A stretch of DNA of 64,000 bases from Gemmatimonadales bacterium (GTDB lineage Bacteria > Gemmatimonadota > Gemmatimonadetes > Gemmatimonadales > GWC2-71-9), in NCBI GenBank assembly GCA_039915685.1, contig JBDSMU010000070.1, forward strand, positions 1,741-65,740, in the 5' to 3' direction. The translations under genes were made by a program, and so were the position numbers. This document shows positions 54,884 to 64,000 of this stretch, piece by piece. Numbering within the stretch: the stretch's first letter is position 1; each line of letters starts with the position of its first letter. The notes beneath the pieces are model-generated. The model had not been told where the DNA came from, searched no databases, and worked only from the letters and a program-made list of their open reading frames with translations.

Positions 54884-56016
54884 TCCGGTGAACCCTTGCT
54901 GAAGTAGCGGCGCCGCCATTCGGCGGCCCATGCATGAAATGTCCCATCAAGCACCCGGGCCCTCGCCGTGGCAGACAGGTGGAGCAGGAATCGGATGTTG
55001 TGAATCGACACCAATCGTTGGCCGAGTTGCTCCTCAGCGACAAAAAGGTGTCGCAAGTATGACCGCGAGAACCGGGTGCAGCACTCGCAATCGCATTCGG
55101 CGTCGAGCGGTCCTGGGTCGAGGCGGAGCGTCGCGCCGCGCACGTTCACCTTTCCATCGGCGGTCCAGGCACTGCCATGCCGACCGTTGCGCGTAGCGGC
55201 TACGCAGTCGAACAAGTCGATCCCCCGGGCGATTCCCTCGATCAAGTCGTCCGGAAAACCGACGCCCATAAGATAACGGGGCTGATCGACTGGCAGGTGC
55301 GGTGCGAGGCCCTCGATCACCCGGTGCATCACCGGTTTGGGCTCGCCCACCGAGAGTCCGCCAATGGCTATTCCGGACCATTCTCCACGTTCGAGGATTC
55401 CGTCGAGCGACGCCCGCCTGAGGTCGGCGTGGGTGCCCCCCTGCACAATGGGCCAGAGGGTCTGGCGCCCGGGTCCAGTCGCGCTGAGTTCGTCGTGCCT
55501 GCGTCGTGAACGTTCGAGCCATCGGTGGGTGCGGTCCATGGCATCCCGGGCGTCGTCGTGGGACGCCTGACCCGGAATCAGGTGATCGAACGCCATGGCC
55601 ACGTCACTACCGAGCGCCCACTGGATCTCGATCGACGATTCAGGGGTGAGACGGCGGGCGGAGCCGTCGATGTGAGACCGGAACGAGACGCCATCCTCGT
55701 CGAGCCGTCTCATCGCGCTCAGCGAGAACACCTGGAAGCCACCCGAGTCGGTGAGCATCGGGCGCTTCCATCCCGAAAACTCGTGTAACCCACCCATCGC
55801 TGCCACGACATCCTCACCTGGCCGCAGGTGCAGATGATAGGTGTTCCCAAGGATGATCTGCGCACCAGCGCGGAGGACCTCATCGGGATGGAGGCCCCGG
55901 ACCGCACCGCGGGTGCCGACCGGCATGAAGCACGGTGTCTGCACAATCCCGTGCGGAAGCACAAGCGTTCCCGCCCGCGCGCCGCCATCGGTGCCGTCGA
56001 GGGTGAAGTCGAACAT
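54880..56016 (-). CDS. tgt: tRNA-guanine transglycosylase (queuine tRNA-ribosyltransferase)
   Basis: FMPVGT, LTDSGGFQVFS, zinc site CDCECC...H. Confidence 0.95.
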   Translation of the reverse strand: MFDFTLDGTDGGARAGTLVLPHGIVQTPCFMPVGTRGAVRGLHPDEVLRAGAQIILGNTYHLHLRPGEDVVAAMGGLHEFSGWKRPMLTDSGGFQVFSLSAMRRLDEDGVSFRSHIDGSARRLTPESSIEIQWALGSDVAMAFDHLIPGQASHDDARDAMDRTHRWLERSRRRHDELSATGPGRQTLWPIVQGGTHADLRRASLDGILERGEWSGIAIGGLSVGEPKPVMHRVIEGLAPHLPVDQPRYLMGVGFPDDLIEGIARGIDLFDCVAATRNGRHGSAWTADGKVNVRGATLRLDPGPLDAECDCECCTRFSRSYLRHLFVAEEQLGQRLVSIHNIRFLLHLSATARARVLDGTFHAWAAEWRRRYFSKGSPE

Positions 56017-56021
56017 CGCGC

Positions 56022-56546
56022 TCAGGCGAACGTCGTCAGAATGCGATCGATCTGGCGTCGGTGTCGCAGGTCATGGCCGGCAATCATGCTGCGCAACGTC
56101 TCGAAGCTCTCCGGCCCGCGTTCCGAGTGCACCGCGAGGCGTGTGAGGTCATCGGGTGTGGTCGCCCGCCACACCCGCAGGTTCCAGCTGCGGAGCGCGG
56201 CGAAGGTACGGAACGCCTCCATCGCATTGGCATCGGCGTATGCAAAGCGCGTCACCCACGCTCTCTCGTCGAAGCCGTGCAGCGGCGCCTGATCCTGGGT
56301 GAGGGTGATCCGCATTCGCCACCCGAACGCGATCTCGGTGTCGGCGAGATGGGCCAGCACCTGCGCGAGCGACCATCGCCCCGGCCCCTCGGCGCGACGC
56401 AGCAACTCGTCGTCGAGGTCCCGCACCCGCCCTAGAATCCAGTCGGGTGTCGCGGCGAGGACGGTGACCGGATCCTGTGCACCGAGAAGTGCGATGGTTT
56501 CCTGCACGTAGGCAGATGTTGACGACGGAGGATGATCGGTCATCAT
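56022..56546 (-). CDS. DinB-family (DinB_2) metal-dependent four-helix-bundle protein
   Basis: WSLAQVLAHLADTE...MIAGHDLRHRRQI His triad pattern. Confidence 0.85.
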   Translation of the reverse strand: MMTDHPPSSTSAYVQETIALLGAQDPVTVLAATPDWILGRVRDLDDELLRRAEGPGRWSLAQVLAHLADTEIAFGWRMRITLTQDQAPLHGFDERAWVTRFAYADANAMEAFRTFAALRSWNLRVWRATTPDDLTRLAVHSERGPESFETLRSMIAGHDLRHRRQIDRILTTFA

Positions 56547-56550
56547 GGCC

Positions 56551-57600
56551 TCACACGACGCACATGGCGTCGCCGTAGCTGTAGAAGCGGTAGCGTTGCG
56601 CAACCGCATGCCGATAGGCATCCATCGTGAGCTCGTACCCGGCGAACGCCGATACGAGCATGAGCAGTGTTGAACGCGGCAGGTGAAAGTTCGTGACCAG
56701 ACAATCGACCACCCGAAATCGGTAGCCGGGCGTGATCATCAGGCGCGTGTCCGCGCTGCCGGGTTGGACCGTGCCGTCGTCACGTGCCGCGCTCTCGAGC
56801 GCGCGCACCACCGTCGTGCCAACCGCCCAGATGCGACCACGGCGGTATCGGCAGGCCGCAATCTCGTCGGCCAGCGCCATCGGGATGTCAAAATGTTCCG
56901 CGTGCATGACGTGCTCGGACAGGTCGTCGGTTTCGACGGGCCGGAACGTTCCCGGACCAACCTCGAGGTCGAGATCGGCGACACGCACGTCCAGCGCGCG
57001 CAGGGTGTCGAGAAAATCAGTGGTGAAGTGCAACCCGGCCGTTGGCGCGGCCACGCTGCCCTCGCGCGCGGCGTAGACGGTCTGGTATCGGTCACGATCG
57101 TTGGCATCCGGCTCGCGGTCGATGTAGGGAGGGAGCGGAAGCCGACCGAAGCGGGCGATCGCTTCGGTATCGGTGATGCCGACGAACCGCACCCGCCGCA
57201 TCGTATCGTCCCGCACTTCGAGCGTCTCGATTCCGATACCAGCTGCGAGTTCGATTACACGCCCGGGCTGCATCGCGCGTCCCGGCTTCCCCATCGCCAC
57301 CCAGGTTCCGTCGCCGGCGGGATGGATGAGGAGCACCTCCGCCGCACCTCCTGACGGGCGCCGGCCGAGGAATCTCGCCTGCCGAACCCGTGTGGAGTTC
57401 ACCACCATCAGGTCGCCGGCGCGAACCAGCGTCGCGAGATCAGCGAACGTGCCATCCCGCGACGCGGCGCTCTCAGCAGCCGGCGTGCGGTCGATCATCA
57501 AGAGGCGCGACGTGCCGCGTTCGGCCGGGGGAACCTGCGCGATTAGCGATTCAGGAAGCGGATAGTCAAAGTCGGACGCCGACCAGCGTTGGTCATCCAT
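56551..57600 (-). CDS. queA: S-adenosylmethionine:tRNA ribosyltransferase-isomerase
   Basis: [37 protein letters not shown]. Confidence 0.93.
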   Translation of the reverse strand: MDDQRWSASDFDYPLPESLIAQVPPAERGTSRLLMIDRTPAAESAASRDGTFADLATLVRAGDLMVVNSTRVRQARFLGRRPSGGAAEVLLIHPAGDGTWVAMGKPGRAMQPGRVIELAAGIGIETLEVRDDTMRRVRFVGITDTEAIARFGRLPLPPYIDREPDANDRDRYQTVYAAREGSVAAPTAGLHFTTDFLDTLRALDVRVADLDLEVGPGTFRPVETDDLSEHVMHAEHFDIPMALADEIAACRYRRGRIWAVGTTVVRALESAARDDGTVQPGSADTRLMITPGYRFRVVDCLVTNFHLPRSTLLMLVSAFAGYELTMDAYRHAVAQRYRFYSYGDAMCVV

Positions 57601-58636
57601 CAAGCAGCGATTGCTGTGCGTCATCACGGCGAAGAGGAGTAAGCCCGAGCCGACGATAGGCATTGGCGGTCGCGGTGCGACCCCGCGACGTACGCTCGAG
57701 GAATCCCTGCTGGATGAGGTACGGTTCATACACCTCCTCCAGCGTGGCGGCGTCCTCACCAACCGACGCGGCAATGGTTCCCAGTCCGACGGGCCCACCG
57801 TCGAATTTCTCGATGATCGTTGCCAGGATGCGGGCATCCATATCGTCGAGGCCGAACTCGTCGACATTGAGCCGTTCGAGTGCCTCAACGGCAACCGGCG
57901 CGGTGATCGCCCCATCGGCGCGTACCTCGGCGTAGTCGCGCACCCGTCGGAGCAGCCGATTGGCCACCCGTGGCGTACCGCGCGATCGCCGTGCGATCTC
58001 CTTTGCGCCCTGAGCGTCGATAGGCACGCCCATCACGCCTGCCGATCGGGTGACGATCTGCCCGAGATCCTCAGGCGTGTAGAACGAGAGTCGCTCGACC
58101 AGGCCAAAGCGTGCGCGCATCGGCGGTGTGAGGAGGCCGAAGCGTGTGGTGGCACCCACCAGGGTGAAGCGTTCGACACTCATCGGGAGTGTTTGTGAAT
58201 GCGGTCCATCGCTCAGGCGCACGTCGACCCGGAAATCCTCCATGGCGGGGTAGAGGAACTCCTCGAGTTGTGGCTTGAGGCGATGAATCTCGTCGATGAA
58301 AAGGATGTCGCCCGGGCCGAGCGAAGTAAGCAGCCCGACCAGGTCGCCGGCGCGCTCGAGGACCGGTCCCGACGTGGTCCGGCACTGCACGCCCATCTCA
58401 CGCGCCATCAGCATCGCGAGGGTCGTCTTGCCGAGCCCGGGCGGCCCGAAGAAGAGGACGTGGTCGAGGGCCTCGCCCCGTTTCCGTGCGGCGTCTATCG
58501 CGATTTGCAGCGACGTTTTCACTTGCGGCTGGCCCACGAACTCATCGAGACGCGATGGACGGAGGGCGGTCTCGAGGCTGGTCTCCTCGGGAAGCGCGGC
58601 CGGCGTGGTTATCTCGATGCGACGCGGGTCGGTCAT
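57593..58636 (-). CDS. ruvB: Holliday junction branch migration helicase RuvB
   Basis: [31 protein letters not shown]. Confidence 0.96.
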   Translation of the reverse strand: MTDPRRIEITTPAALPEETSLETALRPSRLDEFVGQPQVKTSLQIAIDAARKRGEALDHVLFFGPPGLGKTTLAMLMAREMGVQCRTTSGPVLERAGDLVGLLTSLGPGDILFIDEIHRLKPQLEEFLYPAMEDFRVDVRLSDGPHSQTLPMSVERFTLVGATTRFGLLTPPMRARFGLVERLSFYTPEDLGQIVTRSAGVMGVPIDAQGAKEIARRSRGTPRVANRLLRRVRDYAEVRADGAITAPVAVEALERLNVDEFGLDDMDARILATIIEKFDGGPVGLGTIAASVGEDAATLEEVYEPYLIQQGFLERTSRGRTATANAYRRLGLTPLRRDDAQQSLLDG

Positions 58637-58639
58637 TGG

Positions 58640-58822
58640 CTACGCGGCCCGTGCGCGCCAGCGCACCGGTGATTCATCTGGCGCGATGCAATGCGCGAGC
58701 CCGCACGCCATGCACCGGTCACGAAGTTCACCCGTCGTGGGCGCGGTGAGCAGGCGGTTTGTGGCGCCGCACCGGGTGCAGAGCCACTCGGCGGTCACGG
58801 TCGGGCGTGCGGTCTTCCACAT
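58640..58822 (-). CDS. small zinc-ribbon protein (60 aa) inserted between ruvA and ruvB
   Basis: CTRCG...(18 aa)...CMACG; GAGGAAG SD embedded in the last ruvA codons; 3-nt gaps on both sides; GC3-rich. Confidence 0.6.
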   Translation of the reverse strand: MWKTARPTVTAEWLCTRCGATNRLLTAPTTGELRDRCMACGLAHCIAPDESPVRWRARAA

Positions 58823-58825
58823 TCG

Positions 58826-59404
58826 TCACTTCCTCTGCAGGTCCGAGAGCGCGCGCCGGAGCAGAGTCGCTGTGTCCGTCGCGTCAGGTGCTGCCGCGTT
58901 GCGCACCGCCGTGTCTGCGGCTGTCTGGGGATATCCGAGGCTCATCAACGCCCGCACAGCATCGGCAGCCGGTGTGGTGACCGGTTCCGCTGCCTGCAGA
59001 TCGTCAAGTCGGTCGGCAAGTTCGAGGACGATACGCTCCGCTTTCTTGCGCCCGATGCCAGAAACGGTGCCGAGTGCAGCCAGATCGCGGTCGCGCACGG
59101 CGCGCACAGTGCGTTCGGGACCGAGTGCTGACAGGATGGAGATGGCCAATCGCGCGCCGACTCCGCTCGCCGCCATCAGGCGGCGGAAGACCGTGCGCTC
59201 ACCAATGCTGTCGAAGCCATACAGTGACCAGTCGTCCTCGCGGACCACCAGCTCGGTGTGAAGGCGAACGTTGGCTCCAGCCTGCGGCAGCCGCTCGAAC
59301 ACCCCGAGGGGAACGTGGACGAGGTAGCCGGTGCCACCAGCGGTCTCGACCACGACCCCAGCCGGTTCCCGTTGCGCAAGCACACCTGCAACTGACGCGA
59401 TCAT
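58826..59404 (-). CDS. ruvA: Holliday junction DNA-binding protein RuvA
   Basis: MIASVAGVL...GGTGYLVHVP..., HhH motifs GVGARLA / GIGRKKAERI. Confidence 0.93.
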   Translation of the reverse strand: MIASVAGVLAQREPAGVVVETAGGTGYLVHVPLGVFERLPQAGANVRLHTELVVREDDWSLYGFDSIGERTVFRRLMAASGVGARLAISILSALGPERTVRAVRDRDLAALGTVSGIGRKKAERIVLELADRLDDLQAAEPVTTPAADAVRALMSLGYPQTAADTAVRNAAAPDATDTATLLRRALSDLQRK

Positions 59405-59919
59405 CGCGCCGCACCGGTGCCCAGTCGAGCGCGCGGTTGCATCCGCATCAGGCAGGTCAGGGCGATCGCCACGCCATCGGATGCGTCGGCGGGCGTGGGC
59501 GCGGAGGCCAGACCGAGGAGGCGGGTCACCATCGCCGAAACCTGTGCCTTGCCCGCTGCCCCGGTTCCGGTGACGGCACGCTTCACCTCGGCCGGCGAGA
59601 TTTCCATGATTGGGCGGACCGCCTGTCCTGCTGCGAGCAGCACTACGCCGCGGGCATGACCGAGGAGGAGCGCGCTGCGGGCGTTGCGGCCGTGGAAAAG
59701 CCCTTCAACGGCGATGGCGTCGGGCTGGTGCCGTGCGATCAGTTCGCACACTCCGTCATAGACGGTGTTGAGGCGCGCGGCAAACGATGCTGACGCGGGC
59801 GTTCGCACGACGCCACACTCCGTCAGTCGGGCCATGCCGCCCGGTTCGCTCGACACCACGCCGTAACCCATGATGGCAGTGCCTGGGTCGATGCCGAGCA
59901 CGACCAGCCGGCCGGGCAT
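59401..59919 (-). CDS. ruvC: crossover junction endodeoxyribonuclease RuvC
   Basis: VLGIDPGTAIMGYGVV, AVEGLFHGRNARSAL, DASDGVAIA. Confidence 0.93.
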   Translation of the reverse strand: MPGRLVVLGIDPGTAIMGYGVVSSEPGGMARLTECGVVRTPASASFAARLNTVYDGVCELIARHQPDAIAVEGLFHGRNARSALLLGHARGVVLLAAGQAVRPIMEISPAEVKRAVTGTGAAGKAQVSAMVTRLLGLASAPTPADASDGVAIALTCLMRMQPRARLGTGAAR

Positions 59920-59921
59920 CG

Positions 59922-60671
59922 TCAGGCGCCGGCTTCCTCGAGGTCGAGGGCGTCGACATCGAGGTTCGTGAACACCTTGGAGACGTCATCGAGCTCCTCA
60001 AGCACCTCGATCAACTTGAGCACCTTGTGCGCCTCGACCAGTTCCGGCCGCACCACGTTATGCGGGATCATCTCGATCTCGGCGCTCTCGGGCGTGTAGC
60101 CCGCTGCCCGAAGTCCGTCGATTACCGCGTGAAAGTCGTTCGGCTCGGTGCTCACCACGAACAGTTCGCCGTCCACGATGAAATCGCTGGCGCCGGCCTC
60201 AAGGGCATCCTCCATCGCCTTTTCCTCGTTGGCAGCCGATGCCGGCAGGACGATCTGACCCTTGCGATCGAACATCCACGCGACCGAATTGCTGGCGCCA
60301 AGGTTGCCGTTGTTGCGCGAGAAGGCGTGCCGGATCTCGGCGACGGTGCGATTGGCGTTGTCGGTTGACGCCTCGATCAGGAGCGCGGTGCCCCCCGGGC
60401 CGTAGCCCTCGTAGGTCACTTCCTCGTAGGTTGCGCCCTCAAGCTCACCGGTCCCTTTCTTGACGGCGCGCTCGATGTTTTCTGCCGGCATGTTCCCGGC
60501 CTTGCCGTCGTCGATCGCCTTGCGGAGGCGGGCATTGCCGTCCGGATCTCCTCCGCCAGCCTTTGCCGCGACGGTGATTTCGCGGATCAGCTTGGTCCAG
60601 GTGGAGGCGCGCCGGTTGTCGGTGATCGCCTTCTTTCGCTTGATCGTCTTCCACTTGCTGTGACCTGCCAC
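59922..60671 (-). CDS. yebC: YebC/PmpR family DNA-binding transcriptional regulator
   Basis: MAGHSKWKTIKRKKA... Confidence 0.95.
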   Translation of the reverse strand: MAGHSKWKTIKRKKAITDNRRASTWTKLIREITVAAKAGGGDPDGNARLRKAIDDGKAGNMPAENIERAVKKGTGELEGATYEEVTYEGYGPGGTALLIEASTDNANRTVAEIRHAFSRNNGNLGASNSVAWMFDRKGQIVLPASAANEEKAMEDALEAGASDFIVDGELFVVSTEPNDFHAVIDGLRAAGYTPESAEIEMIPHNVVRPELVEAHKVLKLIEVLEELDDVSKVFTNLDVDALDLEEAGA

Positions 60672-60771
60672 CGGCGCCTCCTCGCGTCAGACCGGGAACA
60701 GTAGCAATCGGCGAACGGTGCGGCAACGCGACCTGCTTGCCGGTTGCCGGGCGCGGCGCTACGGTTGGGGG

Positions 60772-61275
60772 ATGCGAATTACAATCCTGATGCCGCTGGT
60801 TGCCGCGGCCATGCTCGTGGCGTGCAAGGGTAGCGATGCCAAGCCCGCAGCGTTGGAAGGTCCGCCTCTCGAAGAGGTGCTGCCCAACATCCCGTTCCCG
60901 CCGAACGCCGAGCCAGTCGCGTCCGAGCGGGCCGACAAGGCTCTCAAGCTGGTCTTCGCCTCAAGTTCCCCGTCGGATTCGGTGGTCGCGTACTACCGGA
61001 CGGTGCTCGCGGCCGCTCCCTACCGCTTGATCAACGAGGGGATGTCGGGAAATATCACGTCGTTCTACGTCGAGCAGGACGGGCCATCGATGTGGGTGAC
61101 GGTCCAACCGGTCGACATAAACAACAGTATGGTGACGATCGCCGGAGCGCAGGGTGACCCCAACCGCAAGCCAGATCCGGCCATCCCCGATCCGGTGGGG
61201 GCCCAGGGCCAGCCGCTTCCTCCCCGCACCAGCGTGCCATCGCCTGACGATCCGCAGCGCAAACCGCAGGACTAG
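60772..61275 (+). CDS. hypothetical lipoprotein with Pro-rich tail
   Basis: Lipobox AAAMLVAC; no family recognised; its TAG overlaps the stop of the convergent gene (CTAG). Confidence 0.65.
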   Translation: MRITILMPLVAAAMLVACKGSDAKPAALEGPPLEEVLPNIPFPPNAEPVASERADKALKLVFASSSPSDSVVAYYRTVLAAAPYRLINEGMSGNITSFYVEQDGPSMWVTVQPVDINNSMVTIAGAQGDPNRKPDPAIPDPVGAQGQPLPPRTSVPSPDDPQRKPQD

Positions 61276-61664
61276 CCCCCCGGCTTCGCCACGTCGCGCT
61301 CGTGAACCAGTTTCGCCGCCGATGCCACCGCATCGGCGGCGTATTGTCCGAGGGCCTCCCGAGAGGGCGCCACCAGCTGGGTCAGCGCTATCCGCGAAGC
61401 CGTCGCCGTGCCCTCCTCCAGGTGGGCCAGCGCGGTCCGGAGTCCGCGCTCGAGTGGGCGGGGGATAACCAGTGCCTGCAGGCGCTGGCGGAGCAGGACC
61501 ACCCGCCGTCGCAAGGCCTTCTCGCCATCGGTCGAGCCGGCTGCCGTGTCGAGTGCAACCCGGGTAGTGAGCCAGAGAGCAAATGCCCCCTCGCGCTTCG
61601 GGCCCCGCTCGAGGCGTTGCTGCATCTCCAGCAGCGTGATCAGTGGCGCCTCCCAGTCGGTCAT
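61272..61664 (-). CDS. hypothetical protein (130 aa, helical)
   Basis: ATGA overlap with the heptosyltransferase stop; only the distal part of track ORF 61272-62090 looks coding. Confidence 0.55.
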   Translation of the reverse strand: MTDWEAPLITLLEMQQRLERGPKREGAFALWLTTRVALDTAAGSTDGEKALRRRVVLLRQRLQALVIPRPLERGLRTALAHLEEGTATASRIALTQLVAPSREALGQYAADAVASAAKLVHERDVAKPGG

Positions 61665-62674
61665 CGCGGCGCGGCCACCAAGGAGGCTGCCACTGTTTCG
61701 GGGAGGATGTCGACCATGCACCGGTGATGACCTAGCGGGCACCTGGGTCCGCCGTGTGAGCTGCACGGCCGGCAGCCGAGGTCTTTCTGCAACACGACCC
61801 CACGGGCCTGGTAGGGGAAGTAGCCGAATTCCTCCACGCTTGGCCCGTACAGCGCGACCACCGGCGTTCCGATCGCCGTCGCGAGGTGCATCACCCCGGT
61901 GTCCCCGCCCGCCATCACTCGTGCGCGTTTGAGGAGGGCCGCAGTACCCATGAGGTCGAACCGGCCGGCTGCGTTGGCCACTGCCCCGCCGCCCGCCTCC
62001 ACCAGCGCCTCTCCTAGTGATTCCTCCCCAGGCCCGCCCACCACCACGATGTCGCTCGTTGACCGGGCCCGTCGCACCAGCGCTTCCCAATGGCCCAGCG
62101 GCCAGCGTTTGGTGGCGTGAGCTGCGCCGGGTGCTATTGCGACCAGGGTTCGGGCCTGGCCGAGACCGTGATGGGTGAGGAATTCATCGGCCCGTTGTTG
62201 GGCCTGGGTGGGGAAGAAGAACTCCGCGCCTTGCCCGTCCGGTTCGACATCCAGCCCCGCAGCCGCTGCGAAGTAGCGAACAGCTACATGCCCGAGGTGT
62301 CCGCCCCGGCGGCGACCGGTGCGAATGAGGAGGGATCGCCGCAGCCGGTGCTTGGGGAATCCAGACCATTTCCCACCCACCAACTGTCGCAGTGCGAGAG
62401 AGCGCATCGACCCGTGAAGGTCGAGGCGATGGGTCCAGTCGGTTTCCCGAAGCCGGTCGGCGAGGGCGGAAAGCGGCGTTGATCGGTCCCAGGGCACCAG
62501 TTCGGTGAGGCGCGGATTGTGGCGCAGCGTGTCGGCCATATCCGCGCGCACCACATAGGTGATTCGGGCCGCAGGATGCCGGGCACGAAGCACACGCACC
62601 AGCGGCGTGGTGAGGAGGATGTCGCCGATGGAAGAGAATCGGACGATCAGGATGCGAGGGATGTCACCGGACAC
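61661..62674 (-). CDS. glycosyltransferase family 9 (LPS heptosyltransferase-like)
   Basis: ILIVRFSSIGDILLTTP N-terminus, GGDTGVMHLA motif; GTG start. Confidence 0.88.
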   Translation of the reverse strand: MSGDIPRILIVRFSSIGDILLTTPLVRVLRARHPAARITYVVRADMADTLRHNPRLTELVPWDRSTPLSALADRLRETDWTHRLDLHGSMRSLALRQLVGGKWSGFPKHRLRRSLLIRTGRRRGGHLGHVAVRYFAAAAGLDVEPDGQGAEFFFPTQAQQRADEFLTHHGLGQARTLVAIAPGAAHATKRWPLGHWEALVRRARSTSDIVVVGGPGEESLGEALVEAGGGAVANAAGRFDLMGTAALLKRARVMAGGDTGVMHLATAIGTPVVALYGPSVEEFGYFPYQARGVVLQKDLGCRPCSSHGGPRCPLGHHRCMVDILPETVAASLVAAPR

Positions 62675-62695
62675 GGATCGAATCTACTTTCCTCC

Positions 62696-64000
62696 ATGGC
62701 CAGACCGCGCAGCATTCTGTGGATCGACGATGAGATCGAGACCCTTGATTCCCAGGTGCTCTTTCTCGAACAGCAGGGGTTCACGGTGGAGCGCGCCGCA
62801 AACGGCGACGATGCCCTGGCGATGCTCCGGCGCCAGTCATACGGCGTGATCCTTCTCGACGAGCAGATGCCGGGTACACGGGGTCTCGATCTGGTGCCGA
62901 TGCTGCGTGCCATCGACAGTTCGCTACCGGTCGTGATGGTCACCAAGAGCGAGGAACCCGACACACTCCGCGACGCGATCGGTGCCGAGATCGCCGATTA
63001 TCTCATCAAGCCGGTTAGTCCACGACAGGTACTCTCGGTCATCACTCGTCTCCTTGAGGGCGACCGGATCAGGCAGCAGCGCCTTTCGCGGGACTTCGTG
63101 GCCCGGTTCCGCGAGCTCGAGTCGCGCCGTGGCGCCGCGCTGGCGTGGCGCGAGTGGATCGAGCTCGTCGCCGAGCTCGCGGACTGGGAGGTCCGTTTGG
63201 GGCAGGCGAACGAGCCTGGGCTGCAAGATGCGCTTCGCACGCTCCAGAGTTCGGTGCGGCTCGACTTTGCCCGGTTTCTGGAGCGCAACTATCCCGGCTG
63301 GCTCGCCGAGGGCGGCGCCGACCGTCCTCCGCTGTCGGTGGACGTGGTCTCCGAGTTCGTGCGCCCGGTACTCGATGCACACGCCCGGGTGATGCTGGTC
63401 GTGGTCGACTGTCTCCGCCTCGACCAGTGGACCGTGATCCGGCCGCTCGTGGAGCAATACTTCGATGTCGAAGTTGACCATTACTTCTCGATCGTGCCGA
63501 CGGCGACCCCGTATAGCCGCAATGCGATCTTCTCGGGCCTCTACCCCAACGAGTTGCTGCTGCGCCACCCCAAATGGTGGAACGAGGAGGAGGACACATC
63601 CCTCAATGCACATGAGGGGGAACTCCTGACTGAACAGCTTCGCGAGCTCACCGGTCGCGACGTCGAGGTGCGCTACGAGAAAATCTTCAGTGCTGCCGAT
63701 GGCGAGCACATGATGCGCCGGCTGCCGAGCCACCTCGCTCGCGACGGGGTTACGGCCCTGGTGTTCAACTTCATCGACCAGCTCACCCACGGCCGCACCG
63801 AGAACGAGGCATTGTACGAAGTTGCACGCGACGCGCCGGCGCTGCGCTCCCTCACTCGCACATGGTTCGAGCGGTCGGCGTTGTTCGACGCATTGAAGGA
63901 GGCGGAGCGCCGACGGGTGCCGGTGATCCTGACCACCGATCACGGATCGATCCATTGCCACTCACCGGCGACCATCTTCGCGCGACGGGACGCCACGCAG
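62696..64000 (+). CDS. PorX-like response regulator: REC domain fused to PglZ (alkaline-phosphatase superfamily) domain; 3' end beyond the window
   Basis: Hand translation is open for 435 codons to the window edge. REC: ILWIDDE, D55, YLIKPV. PglZ: VVVDCLRLDQW, PTATPYSRNAIFSG, ILTTDHGS. Absent from the ORF track because no stop lies in the window. Confidence 0.85.
   Translation, partial: MARPRSILWIDDEIETLDSQVLFLEQQGFTVERAANGDDALAMLRRQSYGVILLDEQMPGTRGLDLVPMLRAIDSSLPVVMVTKSEEPDTLRDAIGAEIADYLIKPVSPRQVLSVITRLLEGDRIRQQRLSRDFVARFRELESRRGAALAWREWIELVAELADWEVRLGQANEPGLQDALRTLQSSVRLDFARFLERNYPGWLAEGGADRPPLSVDVVSEFVRPVLDAHARVMLVVVDCLRLDQWTVIRPLVEQYFDVEVDHYFSIVPTATPYSRNAIFSGLYPNELLLRHPKWWNEEEDTSLNAHEGELLTEQLRELTGRDVEVRYEKIFSAADGEHMMRRLPSHLARDGVTALVFNFIDQLTHGRTENEALYEVARDAPALRSLTRTWFERSALFDALKEAERRRVPVILTTDHGSIHCHSPATIFARRDATQ

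Noticed and set aside
62924-63961. 345-aa minus-strand ORF in the supplied track
   Set aside because: It is antisense to a plus-strand frame with clear REC and PglZ motifs. Its translation is Arg/Gly/His-rich with no recognisable motif. This is a typical GC-rich shadow ORF.
1-64000. Mobile elements, prophage, genomic island, tRNA/rRNA genes
   Set aside because: I recognised no transposase, integrase, recombinase, phage structural motif, long direct or inverted terminal repeats, or tRNA T-loop-like sequence. GC content is uniform apart from short intergenic dips. A tRNAscan/Infernal run would be needed for certainty.

Overview
High-GC (about 65-67%) chromosomal segment from a diderm bacterium (TamA/TamB, Lgt and an LPS heptosyltransferase are present). 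The protein sequences resemble Gemmatimonadota-like lineages, but I cannot verify that without a search. I support about 70 tightly packed CDS, mostly housekeeping. They sit in two long co-directional arrays whose genes are joined by ATGA/GTGA/TGATG start-stop overlaps: plus strand 31410-43478 and minus strand 45867-60671. I saw no rRNA, tRNA, CRISPR array, transposase, integrase or prophage remnant. The supplied ORF track contains many long antisense shadow ORFs typical of GC-rich DNA. It also misses at least two real genes: a 58-aa Arc/ribbon-helix-helix gene, and a PorX-like REC+PglZ regulator that runs off the 3' edge. Points worth a second look:
- a stand-alone mini-gene for a Met-rich repeat lipoprotein built from five 18-bp tandem units
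- an orphan NtrC-type regulator with a destroyed GAFTGA loop, translationally coupled to a four-CxxC zinc-finger ORF and then NlpC/P60, HAD, CYTH, an unknown protein and AcpS
- a kinase-less triple-PASTA membrane protein in the rsmB-rpe slot occupied by PrkC in Firmicutes
- a zinc-ribbon ORF wedged between ruvA and ruvB
- an SPFH + Arc-repressor operon with a dyad operator candidate
- a ChlI-like ATPase and its VWA partner split by an inverted two-gene insertion
- two genes (CYTH, rsmB) whose conserved N-terminal motifs lie upstream of any ATG/GTG/TTG, implying CTG starts
All family assignments come from reading motifs by eye. No database search was run.
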